DNA from: Vicugna vicugna
Taxonomy: Eukaryota
Length of the DNA stretch: 64,000 bases
Direction of reading: 5' to 3'
Assembly: GCA_013265495.1 (NCBI GenBank)
Contig: MU061547.1
Span: 124,001-188,000, forward strand
This document shows positions 1 through 12,850 of the stretch, one piece after another (within the stretch, counting starts at the first letter, position 1; each line of letters begins with the position of its first letter). The position numbers were made by a program, and so were the translations under genes. The notes under the pieces were generated by a model. It saw only the letters and a list, made by a program, of their open reading frames with translations. It did not search any database and had not been told where the DNA came from.

Positions 1-1197
1 AAATCAGTACTTTAATATATTGTATTAATACAATAAAGGACAAAAACAATACGATCATATCAATAGAGTCACAAAAGCATGTGACAAAATTCAACACCTC
101 TTCATGGCAACTCAACAAAGAAGAAACAGAAGGGCACTCCTGAACCTGTGAAAGAACAGCTAACACCATATGTGACTGTGACAGTTTCCCTAAGACCAGG
201 AAGGAGACAAGGACGTCCATTCTTGCCACTCCTCTTCAACTGTACTGGGGCTTCCAGCCAGGCCAAGTAGGCAGAAGAAAGACAAGAAAGGTATCCAAAT
301 GGGAAGGGGGCAATGAAATCTCTATTTTCAGATGGCATGATATGGTACATAGGAAATCATAAGGAGCTATTAACACTGACACATGAGTTCAACAGGGTTA
401 CACAAGACAAGGTCAATATGCAAAAAATCAATTCTATTTCTATACATGAGCAGTGAACATCAAAACATAAAATAGAAAAATTCCATTTACAATAGCATCA
501 GGAAAAAAACCACATGGGAACATGGCAAGAAGGATGTTAGAAGAGAGATAGTATTAAAAAGAAATTATTCTGATATGTCAAAAGTGGTAAGGAAGAGCAA
601 TTTGTCGGTCCTCAAAAATTAGAAATACAACTACAATATGGTCTAGAAATTTCATTTCTGGGTATATATCCAAAGGAAAGTAAAGCAGGATATTGAAATA
701 ATAGCCGTACTTCTGTTTATATTGCACCATTATTCACAGCAGCCAAAATAAGGAAACAAGATAAATGTTTGACAATGGATGAGTGGATAAAGAAGATGTG
801 GTGTATACACATAAAGGGATATTATCGAGCCACGAGAAAGATGGGAATCCTGCTGTTTGAGGGCACTATGCTTAGTGAGACAAGCCAGACAAAGACAAAT
901 ATTGTATGAAAATCTGCTAAGGCCACATTTTATATAACTCCATTTATATGAAATGTCCAGAACAGGCAAATCTACACAGACAGAAAGGAGAGTCACTGTT
1001 CTTAGGTCTGGAGGCTGAGGGAGAAATAGGCGTGACTGTACATGGGTACCGGATTTCTTTATTGGGTAGTGAAAATGCTCTAAAATAGTTGTGACGGTCT
1101 CACAACTCTGTGGGTGTAGTGAAACCATTGAGTTGTATAGTTTAAATGAATGAATTGTATGCTCTGTGGATTGTATCTCAACAAAGCTGTTAAAAAT
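1..1197 (+). mobile_element. Old L1 (L1M-type) ORF2 3' part and 3' UTR, decayed
   Basis: Typical L1 ORF2 text (caggaaggagacaaggacgtcc..., ttttcagatggcatgat, ggataaagaagatgtggtgtatacac) and L1M-like 3' end (...tatctcaacaaagctgttaaaaa). Confidence 0.85.
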
Positions 1198-1613
1198 GAA
1201 AGGGAGATAAATTAGAAAAGTTTTTGCTACATTTTAAATCTGCTATTTCTGTAATTCTAAAAATAAATAAGTCATTTTAAAGGAGTTGATTAAAAAGGTT
1301 CATTTTCTGAGAACTTTATGCATCTGCATGGATATAGGCTTCTTTCCCAAACACAAAAACTACGTGTCCTCAAAGAGGAAGGTGACGAAGTTTTTCACAA
1401 AAACGTTATTTTCCCAAAATGGAACATGTGTACAAGATTTGGTGCACCTAGCCTCATGCTGAAGGGACTTCCTTACAACACTTGTTTCACCTCTCCAGCC
1501 ATGCATCCTACAGACGGTTTCAAGCTAGATGAAGTTAGTGTACTACAGATGAGTTTGAGATTGGAAGAAAGAATATTGTTAAAATGGCCATACTGCCCAA
1601 GGCAATCTACTTA

Positions 1614-1615
<2 letters not shown>

Positions 1616-1650
<35 letters not shown>
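1616..1650. repeat. (TG)n microsatellite
   Basis: Directly visible TG run. Confidence 0.97.
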
Positions 1651-1651
<1 letters not shown>

Positions 1652-1699
1652 GTTTTTAGTCTTGTAGTTTAACAGATTAAGAGAGGAGATAAACCATGT

Positions 1700-1960
1700 A
1701 AGTGCTATACAAACTAATAGTCTGTTTAAAAAAAAAGGAATATTCTTGTGTGCCTAGTGCAACAAAAAGATCAAGAAGGATTAGGACTGAACATTCTCCA
1801 CTAAATGTAAGAACAACAAATTTGGGCTTTTTTTTTAACACGGGCATTTTTGATGTTGGTAAGAACCATTCCAATTGACCGCATGAGATTGGGAAATATT
1901 GGAACACGGTGACCAAGTGTGGCCTGACTGCCTCCATGGTAGTGCTCCGTAGAGACATAA
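1700..1960 (-). mobile_element. Possible L2 reverse-transcriptase remnant
   Basis: Minus-strand ORF contains SVLILLDLFVALGT, resembling the L2 RT motif VLILLDLSAAFDT. Confidence 0.45.
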
Positions 1961-4900
1961 ACTATTTTCCCACTGAGTTCGCACACATGGGAACTATAAC
2001 CATTCTTACATATATGATAAAGCACCCAAACACACTGGTCAGGAACACACTGATTTAGAGGGAAACAAGAGTATTGGTGATTGTTCAAGAAAGTTCAGAT
2101 GCATGACTTCAATTAGACATGTGATTAAATAAGCACTGGCCACAGCACCCATTTTTTTTTTTAACAACAAAAGCACTATTAAGTTTGAAAGTCTATAGAG
2201 CTACATTTGGGGCAACAAAACAAAAATTTCTCAATAGTTCCAAAGATTTTTGATGAGTATGAACAATGCTGTAAGTTTCTATGACCGACATTTTTACACT
2301 TCCAACCTCAAATCCAAGCATCTGCCCCATCCTGTGGACTTATGAATTAGTCACATAGGAATGTATGAGGGCTCCATGCTACCTACAAAATCCTATGATG
2401 TGGCCAAACTCTAATGAAACTCCTGAAATTGAAGCTGATGCCTAATGTTCAAAATGTAAAGAAAGACAGAATATAGACCAAGTTTTTTTTAAAGAATTTT
2501 TATGTTTGATATCATTACATTTACTGATCATTGAATAAATTTGTTGACTGAAGTTGACTGAAATATTTTGATTACTTTGAACCACTGTTAAATCAATGGC
2601 CAGTCACTTCATCATTATGAACAATAAGAAGAAAGATTCATAGAGCCCTCACAAGTATTTGCGAGCATGTTGTCTACCATTTAAAAAACTTGGATGGCTG
2701 TCATCTAGATGAACAGTGATTTGAGATTTATAGCTTCCATTTATTTGTGTCATGGGTAATTTTTCTGTGCTGAGGTGTGAGCACACACATCCTTCAAGCT
2801 TTTATTGACGTGGGTTACAAAACCTGCATCTGTCACTTTAGCAGGGGAGCACTGCATCAACCCTCCATTGCTGAACAGACTTTACGTCTAATCATGATTG
2901 AAGTCTGATGCCGGCTATTGTGTGACCTAAACATGTGGTTAATGGTCTCATTTATTCTCCAGTATCTTCCTGAATAAGCTTCCTGATGTGGAAGGATCCC
3001 AATGTCTACTTGTACTGTTAATGGTTCTTAAAGAATCAATACTTTGCCTTTATATAATAAATTGTGTAGCACACATTTCATATTTTAGTTAAAGTCTAAA
3101 GACAGTTATTTTACTTAAAAAAATCTAGGACATTTATCTTAGTTAAATATCTCATAAGACAGTTTTAAATTTATTACATGATTATGGTTTCCATAACACA
3201 TCATAATCTATTTCTGACTATGGCCAATTTTGTTTAATGAGTCAAGGAAAATTGTATAAGTGAACAGGTCATCTTCCTTATTTTGAATTCTCTCTCTACA
3301 TCAGATGTTCTATAAGGACAAGTTCGTTGGGGTGATGTCCATTCTATGCTTTTGACAGAATGCTTTTGAAACTGTGGCCATGTTTGTAGTAGAATAAACA
3401 ATTGTATTTTAGATCTTGGGTTTAAAATAACTTAGTAGCATCCCCTACTGCAGGCCTCTTTACTGGATAGCAGTGAAGACATAGAAAAATATTTAATGGT
3501 GAAGACACCAAAAATAAGGCCAGGTGATATTTTAATATCAGATTCTGGGAAAATACTTCACCAAACATTTGAACAGGAAAGCGGTAATAGATGGGAAACT
3601 GATGATTGTCCATCACATCCTAGAAAGAGTTGTCCTGTGAGTAAACTTCTTTTGGCAGGAGAAGCAGGAATATCCCTCATGGTGGTGGATATAAGAACTA
3701 AGCTGAGCAACAAAAGTGTGAGAAATGCCAAGTGAGATCCATCCAGACCTGGAGCTGGGAATCTGGCAAGTTGCTCTGCCCATGAGTCTGCCATGGAGCT
3801 GAGCGTCTGCGAAGGGTGACAGAACAATACCCAAAAGAGCCAGTTCACACACTGAGTACAAACCCTGTGTGGTGGCAACTCAGACACAGACAAAGGTGGT
3901 TCCCATTTAGGAGACAGAAACCACACTGTTTACTTAAACAGGGAAAGTAGAATATAAAGAATTGTTAACTGGTAAAAGGCAGATAGTTACTTAAAAGATA
4001 AAATGGGGATATAAACGTCCTGAAGTAGTAAGTGCAAAAGAGTAGCTGCTACTTCCAGGGTGAGGGAGGGTGGACAGTACAGGAACCAAGGAGTAGGAGT
4101 GGGGTGCCCCCTCGCTGCTCCCCATTCCCAGCAAGGCTTAGGTTCAGACATCTTTGAATTGACTGTGGCTGCCGCTGGAACACACTGCCTGCTGGTGGTC
4201 AAATTAAAAAAAATAATAATGATAATAAAAATCTTGCCACAGTATGCAAGCAACTGCTGGCCTATAAAAGCTGCCCAGCATTGTTGGAGGATATGGGCAG
4301 GTGGGACCTACTTAGAAGCAGCCGGACATGGCCAGAGCTCGTGTGCAGACCTAAGCAGTCCAGGGGAGACAGTGGCTTGAGGGCACAGCTGGAATTGTTT
4401 CTGAGTCTCTGGGCTCCCCTGCTAAACAATTCAACAATAATGACAATGATGATAATGAAGAGCCAGAACCCAGTACGGAAGTGTCTTCCCTCTGCTATGG
4501 CCTCATTTGGGTGTCTCCAGGACCCTCTGTTGACTAAGCCTAACATTCTGCTACTTGGACAGAGAAAGGCCCACAGGATCTAACTATGATACCACAGAGC
4601 AGGGCAAGGAGGGGTGAGTTTAGATCTCAGACAGCTGGTCTCTGAAAATGATTTATCCCAAGATCTTAAACAAAATTTTAGAAATCCACTTGAATTTTAT
4701 TACACTGCAAGAAGCTATGAGCTCTGTAAATCAGAAGCAGATAGCCTTAAGAAACAGAAAAGAAAAAGACATGTGGATGTGAAGCAATTAAAGACTGCTG
4801 CTGAGGTGAAATAAATTATTGAAGAGAAGCTAAAAATGCAATGGTGTAATTAAAATAAACATTTACTTTGTCAATTGGGAGGGATAAAATGGAGAAAAGA

Positions 4901-5789
4901 TTTGAGAGAGAATAGGGAAATGACCACAGGAGCCATTGGTATGTCATAGATTTGACAGACAAAAGTGATGAACTTTAGGAATTACACATGATCCTGAAGA
5001 TGAAAACTGATAAATTAGAACAGAGGCAAACATCAAAAACAAAATCAAAGAAATAGCACTGAATGAAAAAGCAATTTTATTCTCAAATTGAAAGAATTTA
5101 TTATGTCTCGGTAAATTCATAAAAGGACTCAAACCTTTAAAAAAATTCTAGCAAAATATTAAAGTACATAAATAAAGAGAAAATTCTGTTTATCTAGGAA
5201 GAAAAAATGATTACCTGCAAAGTACTTCAAATCTGGTTTGTCTGCAAAACTAAATTCTGAGAAGCAACACCTTGGATGTCATTTCTCTTCTAAGTTCTCT
5301 CTGGCTCCCCCGTGTCTGACCTGGTGCTTTTTCTGTGTTCTCACAGCATTCTGCAGCTCCCCATCAGACACTCTTGTTCCATTGTGCTGTATTTACATCT
5401 GTACTTCTCTCCCTCCTTTATAAGTGCCATAAAGATGAAACGATAAGGTAAAATGACTTTGCCTAAAGTTCAATCTTTGAAACAAACAGTGTTTGAAGAA
5501 AACCTGTACCCAACTAGTCTTCGCCTCAAAGACAGAGGAGACACAGTTTCTTTCCTATTTGATAGCTTTATGGTTTCTGGACACTCACATATTTCAGTAA
5601 CTGCAGGGAGCAATTTCAACATTCTGTTCACTGATGTTTCCCAAGCGGCTGAACTAGAGCAGCACAGAGCAGACGCCAGACACACGGCTCACATGTGCTG
5701 AATGGAAGCATAGGAGTATTAGAGTTAAAATTTAAAGCTATCGCCATGAAGTGGAATGTTAACCATTGCTGTTTTTAGCTCCTCCACAG

Positions 5790-6024
5790 GCCTGTGACTG
5801 CAGCTCAGTGGGATCCTTGCACGTCCAGTGCAATATAAACACGGGCCAGTGCAACGGTCACCCAACATTCTCTGGTGTACAATGTACAGAGTGTATTCGA
5901 AGTCACTGGAACTCCTCTCCCCGCAACTCAAGACTGCTGCCTGTCAGGGACTGATGGCTCCACCTGTGACTTAGAGGCTCAACAAGGCCCCCGTGTGGAT
6001 CAGACAGGGCATTGCACTTGTAAG
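5790..6024 (+). pseudogene. LAMA2: Orphan, frameshifted laminin alpha-2-like exon (LE/laminin-EGF repeats)
   Basis: cag|GCC...AAG|gt boundaries. Translates ACDCSSVGSLHVQCNINTGQCNGHPTFSGVQCTECIRSHWN.. then, after a frameshift, DCCLSGTDGSTCDLEAQQGPRVDQTGHCTCK. This matches recalled LAMA2 ACNCSTVGSLDFQCNVNTGQCNCHPKFSGAKCTECSRGHWN..DCFLPGTDATTCDSETKKCSCSDQTGQCTCK. Length 235 nt is not a multiple of 3 and several Cys are lost. Confidence 0.8.
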
Positions 6025-6566
6025 GTGCACACTGCCGAAATTCAGTGAGGGAAAACCTCACTCAGTTCTACTTCCATTGCTCACTTTTCACTTCATTAGG
6101 TTATTTATTCTTCTGTCATTAAGCCAGACAGAGAGACAAATGAAAATTCACTGCCAGACACAGAGTTTTTATCTGGCATACAGATCAGCACTGCTTTTTA
6201 AGAATTTATTTTCAACCGAAACCCAACTTTTTTTTCTGGCTGGTACAAAATGATATATTTTCAACAGCAAATTTCAATTTGTCTTTACATATTCACTTTG
6301 CTTCACCAAAAATAATCTGGGAGGGTGGAGAAAGACAGTTATCTTAAGCATCATCAGAGAAAATCACTGCTAACTTATAAGGCTCATAAAACAAATTCTC
6401 TTCAAATAAATTCATAATCACTGTACACTGAAATATATACTTATTTCTGTGGAAGTTCAGTAAAATTTCATCGCATATAAACTCTGACATTACAGTGATC
6501 ATATGCAAATTCCAGCCCTCATGAATGTTCTTAAATGATGTAGAAAATAGACATTAAAAAGGGTTA

Positions 6567-6994
6567 GTATACTTTACAGCACAAGGAAATACATACAAGA
6601 TCTTGTGGTAGCTCATGCTTTAATAGGGATAGACTGGGATTTCAAAATTGTAGAATAGATAAACAAGATTACACTGTATAGCACAGGGAAATATACACAA
6701 AATGTTATGATAACTCACAGAGAAAAAAATGTGACAATGAGTATGTATATGTCCAGTTATGATAACTCACAGAGAAAAAAATGTGACGAGTGTATATGTC
6801 CAAGAATGACTGAAAAATTGTGCTGAACACTGGAATTTGACACAAAAAAGTAAAATGATTATAAATCAATAAAAAATGCTAAAAAAAGAATCTGAAAATG
6901 AATATGTGTATACTCGTGTATAATTGAAAACTTGTGCCATACCCCAGAAATTGATACAACATTGTAAACTGACTATAACTGAATTAAAAAAAAA
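6567..6994 (+). mobile_element. Two nested young L1 3'-UTR tails with an internal ~50-bp tandem duplication
   Basis: L1 3' end motifs (tatagcacagggaaatata; gaaattgatacaacattgtaaactgactata..polyA) occur twice; 6704-6755 is repeated at 6756-6802. Confidence 0.8.
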
Positions 6995-9900
6995 CACAAA
7001 GAGTGAAAAGGAAAATAAGGTATAACAATTTAAATCTCATATTTCTCTGCTTATTTTTCTTCTTTAGTGGAATGTATAAAGTTTAAGCTGAAGAAGATGC
7101 AAACTGTTGCAGGAAATGAAAAAGAAGAATGAGCATATGATGCAAGAGAGAGAAAAGAACATTTAGAATCATTTTTTTGAGAAGATGGAAAAGGAGAAGT
7201 CCCAGTTAAAGGCAGAGCAAGGGAGAGTTCTAGTCCTTAAATGTCAGGTATGTCCTTCTTCCTCTCCACTCTGTCTTCCACTGTCCTGAATCAAAAACAC
7301 TGCTGAGGGGTTTAGAGTGTTAGGGCAGGTGAAGGACTTTCCTAACCCAAACAAGCAGATGTTTTATCCTATTTGTGCTTCTGCCTTTGGGTACCCGTGG
7401 TTGTTAAAGGCTGTTTATTTGCAGGATAAAGTCTCATGGAATCTTTTATAATTAAATCACTAATAAAGCACAACTTCATTGCCAGCATAACAGATTTTAA
7501 CAGATATTCTGTGATCAAATCCTCGTGTTATGTTGCAGGTACTATTCTATTTTCATGTTTCAAAAGAAGCAGTTGTAATTTCATGAGGATAAGTAATTTT
7601 TCTGGTTGTGGGAAAATATGTGGCCTGTCTATCTACATTTTGGAGTCCACAGTGACTTTGTTTTTGCCATGCCTGGTATGACTTTGTGTCTGGAGGCACC
7701 CTAATGAGTAGGAAGGCTTAGTGACCATCAACCCAATTGGCCATATAATTAAGGAGCAAGGCTGCCAGTACCTGCCTATTCTCCAGGCCCTCCTCCAAGT
7801 CTATGCTGAGTTAGGCTGTCTGCCCAGAACTACAGTGGGCACCAGTGCAGGCTTGATCTCCTCAATTTATTTCCATTACCTCTGCCACCAAGTTTTGGAG
7901 ACATATTAATTCCCTGATCAAACTCCTGCTGTGACTCTGAATCATGTAGTAACCTTCCTATTGGAGTTTACCCACTTTCTTATCTTTTTAGAAATGTTTG
8001 TGGGAGTTCATACTACCTAGATCACAATTAAAGGGGAAAGAATACAGTTTTTCCCAAAAGAGGGTGTTTCATGTGAGTAAAGGAGGTCATGAAAATAATT
8101 CTGAGTCAGTAATTTTTAGAAATTATAAGAGTAGATCATTTCTGCAGCTAAAAAAATCCCAGAAACTTTTTGAGAGGCATAAAAGACTGAAGAAAGGGTG
8201 ATATAATGGAAGATAAGGGAGGATAAGATTTAAAAAAAAACACCCAGGAAGGACTATTGTGAATATGGAATAATCTAGCAAATGTAGGAAACGTTTCAAG
8301 TTGTGTGAGTTCCGTCTCCACTTTCCCTTTTAGGAAAAAGAGTGTCTTCACCAAAAAGGATTCCACAAGGAGAACATGGATCTCTCAGACAGATGACTGC
8401 TGTCCAGATGAGAGACAAAGAAGCACATTCAACATACTCTAAGAGTCTAAGGAAAGGAATTATCTAACCAGCCCTCATCTGCTGAGGACAAGTTTAATGA
8501 TCATCTTTAGGACCTTAAACAATTACCACAGGACAAAACTTGAAACAATGAGGCTTGAATTGTCATTGAGCCATAAATTTTTGCCAAGATGAAATGAAAT
8601 GTGAAGACAATGTGTTTACCTACAGGGTGATTCAATTCATGCTTAATTATAGTACTACCGATAAGTGTGATACCTAGCTGGATCCTATATATGAAATCAT
8701 GCACATTGATCTACAGAAACTTTAAATTGCATAAGTGAGATGCATTTTACAGCAGAGAGATAATCAGTTTTGCTCAGGATAGATGTATTCCCCCCCTCCA
8801 CATACACCACCTTTCTAGATATGCTCTTACTGAACATTGTACTTTGGTCCTGGGATACAATTGGAGTGTTGGGAATAGAGGGAAAAATTTGATGGGAATG
8901 AACAAAGCCATGGACCACAGTTAAATAGGAGTGACTGCTAAGGGGTCATGAGGTCACATAATGGCCTCCAATAAGGGGGACTTGGGACAGTTAACTCCAG
9001 GGTACAGACAGTGGACAGTTCTCCATGGGGTGTAGGCCTCCTCTGTGGTCACTGATGTGACTCTGGGACACTGGCAGGGGATGTGCATGCCCTTGTGCAA
9101 AGTGGATTCATGAGTGGATGTTTAACCTTCTCTGTCTAAAAGAATCCCTCCAGACAATTACGGTCTCACTTCCAGGCCACCCAACATATCTCTATTCAAG
9201 TCTCTTTTTCCTGGTTTTCTCTCCTTCTACAGTTCCGAGAATAGTTTCTATAATCACAAAAGGGAACTTTAACTCAAGCTCAAAATACATTCCTTCCCAT
9301 TCTTCTGAAAATCATAACTATAATCGTTCAAAATCTAAAACTTGACTCTGTTTTTTCTTCCCTCTCTTCTACTAAGACGTCATACCCGGGAAGCCACTCA
9401 GGATTAATGTCTAGCATGGAAAAACAAAAACAGGGAAAATAAAAAACAATTTATTAATATGAAAATAATTTCTTACCAAAATTGTTTCAGCATATGTATC
9501 ACTTAAGGATCTTTATTGCAAGCAACAGACTCTTCTCAGTAGTAAGAAAAACAATTGAATTTTAAGACTGTCAGGGAGCAGATAGTTCCTCTAGGAGGGC
9601 AAGAGAGCCAGACTCTACTGCTGCTTCGGCAAGAACAGTACAAACCACAAACTGAAGGAACCTGAAGGGAAAATAGCCCTTCCATCACCCCCTGGCATAA
9701 TGGCACCTCCAGATCCAATGGCAGACACTCCACCGATGTCAGCTGAGTATGCAGACTAGTCTGCTATCATATCTGCAGTAAACAAAATCCCCCATGAAAA
9801 CTTACATCTTTGGGCTGCTCACATCTCCATCTCACAGAGTTATATCTGCTTGACAGAATCTAAATCACATGCCTCCCCCCTGGATAGTCTGAGAATGAGA

Positions 9901-10589
9901 GTGTTGTCTGTCTTCCACTTTGGAAAGCAGAGGCTCATAATGTAAGCAATTTCCATCCATGTTAGAGTCAACCAGTTCTCCCAGGTGGGTCTCTGTAGAT
10001 AAACATTATATTAGGGATGATAATACTAATAACAACTCAGTAGCATTTTCTTGTACATCGTATACAACACTTTCGTATTTTCACTTTATCATATCTCAAC
10101 ATTCCCTTTAACCCTTCCTCTATTTTTTATGTCAGACAGTTTATTAACTTTTCTTAGGTTGCTCTTATCTTTTGAAGTCATACTTAACAAAGCCTTAAAA
10201 GGACTCTAGAACAAATACGTCCTGACAAAACAAATAGCATCTAACGTATTATTTTGTTTTTATTTAAGTTTTAACTTTTTTCACACCTTAAATTTTGTAT
10301 TATTCTTACTTTTTAAACAGTTATTATTTTGTACCTAGTTCTGTGTAAACAGAAAACAACTTTGTTCTTTCTCAAACATTCTCAAAAACATCCGTTTAAA
10401 GTACTTTATTGGACGTTTCTTTTCTGCCATTAGTTCATTAGTCACTTTCAGATTAATAATAGGCCTATTTTCAAAATAAAATAAATGATATCAACTTGAT
10501 ATAAATGTTAAAATTACACTCTTGAATTTGATTCAGTTTCTCCTCTTCTATCTTCCTCTCAGACCCTATGTTCACATACTCAGGCCTGA

Positions 10590-10960
10590 CTGGCCTGATT
10601 AGGGATAAGGAAAGGATAACTACCCTCACCATGTTTATGCAACACAGTGGTGAAAGTCCTGGCCAGAGCAATGAGGCAAGAAAAGGAAATAAAAGGCATC
10701 CAAAATGGGAAGGAGGAAATAAAATTGTCCCTGTTGGCAGATGAAATAATCTTACAGACAGAATTCCCTAAAGATTCCATTTAAAAAACTGGCAAGATGA
10801 ATTTTAAAATTCTGTTAAGTTGCAGGATTCAAATTGGACATCAAAAAATCAGTTGCCTTTCCATGCACTAACAGTGAATTACTTGTAATGGAAATTACAG
10901 CTAAAAGAAAAGCAATGCTACTTATAATAGCATCAAAAAGAATAAAATGCTTAGGAATTT
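10590..10960 (+). mobile_element. L1 ORF2 (RT region) fragment
   Basis: gtcctggccagagcaatgaggcaagaaaaggaaataaaaggcatccaaaatgggaaggaggaa...gcagatga is canonical L1 ORF2. Confidence 0.85.
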
Positions 10961-10999
10961 CCTACCTAACTGGAATTTCCTACCTGGAAGGTGCCAATT

Positions 11000-12850
11000 G
11001 GATAGTGATTACAGGCTAGCGGGACTTGGAAGACACTGTGTTTCTGCAGTTCAGTTTTGGTTTCTGGTCCTTCTTGTTTCTGAGGATGCCACCTGCTGGC
11101 CGAGGTCTGTGTTTGTGTTTTGCACTTAGAGATGAAAATGCTTAGCACCACTTCCATTCCATCAGACAGCCCTTTGGGCAGAATTTTGGTTGATTGGTCC
11201 AACTCTAGCTATAGCTCCATGACTTGGGAAAAGACGGTATTTTAACTTAACTGCTGTGTGGCCAATGTATGCCCTTCAGTATGGAAGAAAAACGGGAAGC
11301 ATGTTTTCAGTAAAAAAGAATGAGGTACAGAAATGTTTTTGTGTTAAAGGGAAGAAAAAAAAAAGGAGATGGTTTTGTCCTAGAGCTGGTTGTTTCTGAA
11401 TGGAAAAAATAAGGAACAAAGCAACATGGATACAGAAATTTGCAGGAGGTTTCTGGGGGAAAAAAAAACACAGGGAAAAGAATTTTGTACATGGTCAGGA
11501 TTTCCTAAGAAAATCTAAGACTGGATTAAATGTAATTAGGTAAGTGGGTTTGGTTAAGAGTAGACAGATGCAAGACAGCATTTGGTTTTTCCCTCTCTGT
11601 TAGGAAGACAAAATTTTCTTAGACCATTGAGTACTTTTGATAACAGATTATGTGAATTTCTTTGTCTTGAGGAGATCTGTTCCCTATCTGCCCTTGAAAT
11701 CTTCTATTGTCACCCTGGTTAAGTGAATAAGTATTGTTTTGCAATGACCTATGATCTTATCTAACAAAGTGTTTTAAAACTCTTTGACAAACTTCCCAGA
11801 TAATTAAATTTTAATTAAAGTTCTTTCGACCTTCAGCTAACTTTAAAATGCCTCAAAGGGCCCCTGGAGCATCCCAGAGAGAGAGCCTAGATGTGTTGGG
11901 TTCATTTGCATTGTTAAATTATGTGGGAAGCATTGTTGAATGAGTGATGATAAGACATCTTCGATTATATTGTATGGGTGAATGTTGTTAATATAGAGAT
12001 CCTAGAAATTATATGGAATTCCTAAAAATCTGGTATGTCCTGATAAAATGTTGTCGGCCATAATTCTAGTTATTGTCTTAAAATGTGTGTCACATCATTG
12101 ATCAAGTTTCTTTGTCAATTGCATTGCAATCCGGTTTTTAAACATGCCTTTAGTCTTTGTCTCTCATAGACAGTTAAGATTTTACTCTGATGCCTTTGCA
12201 AAATGCCTCCTTTTCAAAAGGTTAATGGAAAGGACTTTTTGACAAGTACAGGTTTCTGATTTTCAAATCATACCACTGAGCTGGGTAAGAAATTAAAAGA
12301 AGTCTAATGGAATCTCTAATTTCATAAAACTGTTAACAAAAGGTTTAGTTACATGGGATGGAGTAAACTAATGAATATAGTACGAATTCTTGGTTTTGTC
12401 TGAAATATTACTGGCTTTTAATCTTTATTTTCCAAATATAAAGGAACCTTCCCCTTTAGATAATTATGGCTTACAGCAATTTGGTAAATTACACCTTTAT
12501 AAACAGAATTGAAACCCTTATCATTTCTTTCTATCTGAGACCTCTGAATTTGGAAACTCTTAGGTTCCTAGCAGCCTCTCCAAGTGAATAATGAAGGCTA
12601 CTTTGCGGCAGTTGCAGGAACCTCAAGAGATTCTGAAACTCAAGACAAGAAAAATCCACCTAGATCAGGTGGTGTGGCTTTCCTGGCCTTGGGAGGCCTT
12701 TTTAACAGTTCTGTTTGAAATCCCTTATGAAAAGTTCCAGCAAGGCCAAACTTAAAAGAGCCTCTTAAAATAAATATTCTTTTTACAGCATGGTAGATCT
12801 TCAAACAGATATTATTTGCACTAGAAAAACTAGAAACTAAGGGTTGACTT
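11000..12850 (+). mobile_element. Class I (ERV1/gamma-like) ERV internal region: leader, gag-MA remnant and AT-rich non-coding internal DNA
   Basis: From 11138: MLSTTSIPSDSPLGRILVDW...WEKTVF*, followed out of frame by tggccaatgtat (WPMY). Resembles the class I gag MA N-terminus (SIPxDSPLGxILxxW...WPxY). Confidence 0.65.

Noticed and set aside
7060..7500. Further LAMA2 exons downstream of the orphan exon
   Set aside because: An acceptor-like tctttag near 7067 exists, but its translation does not resemble laminin
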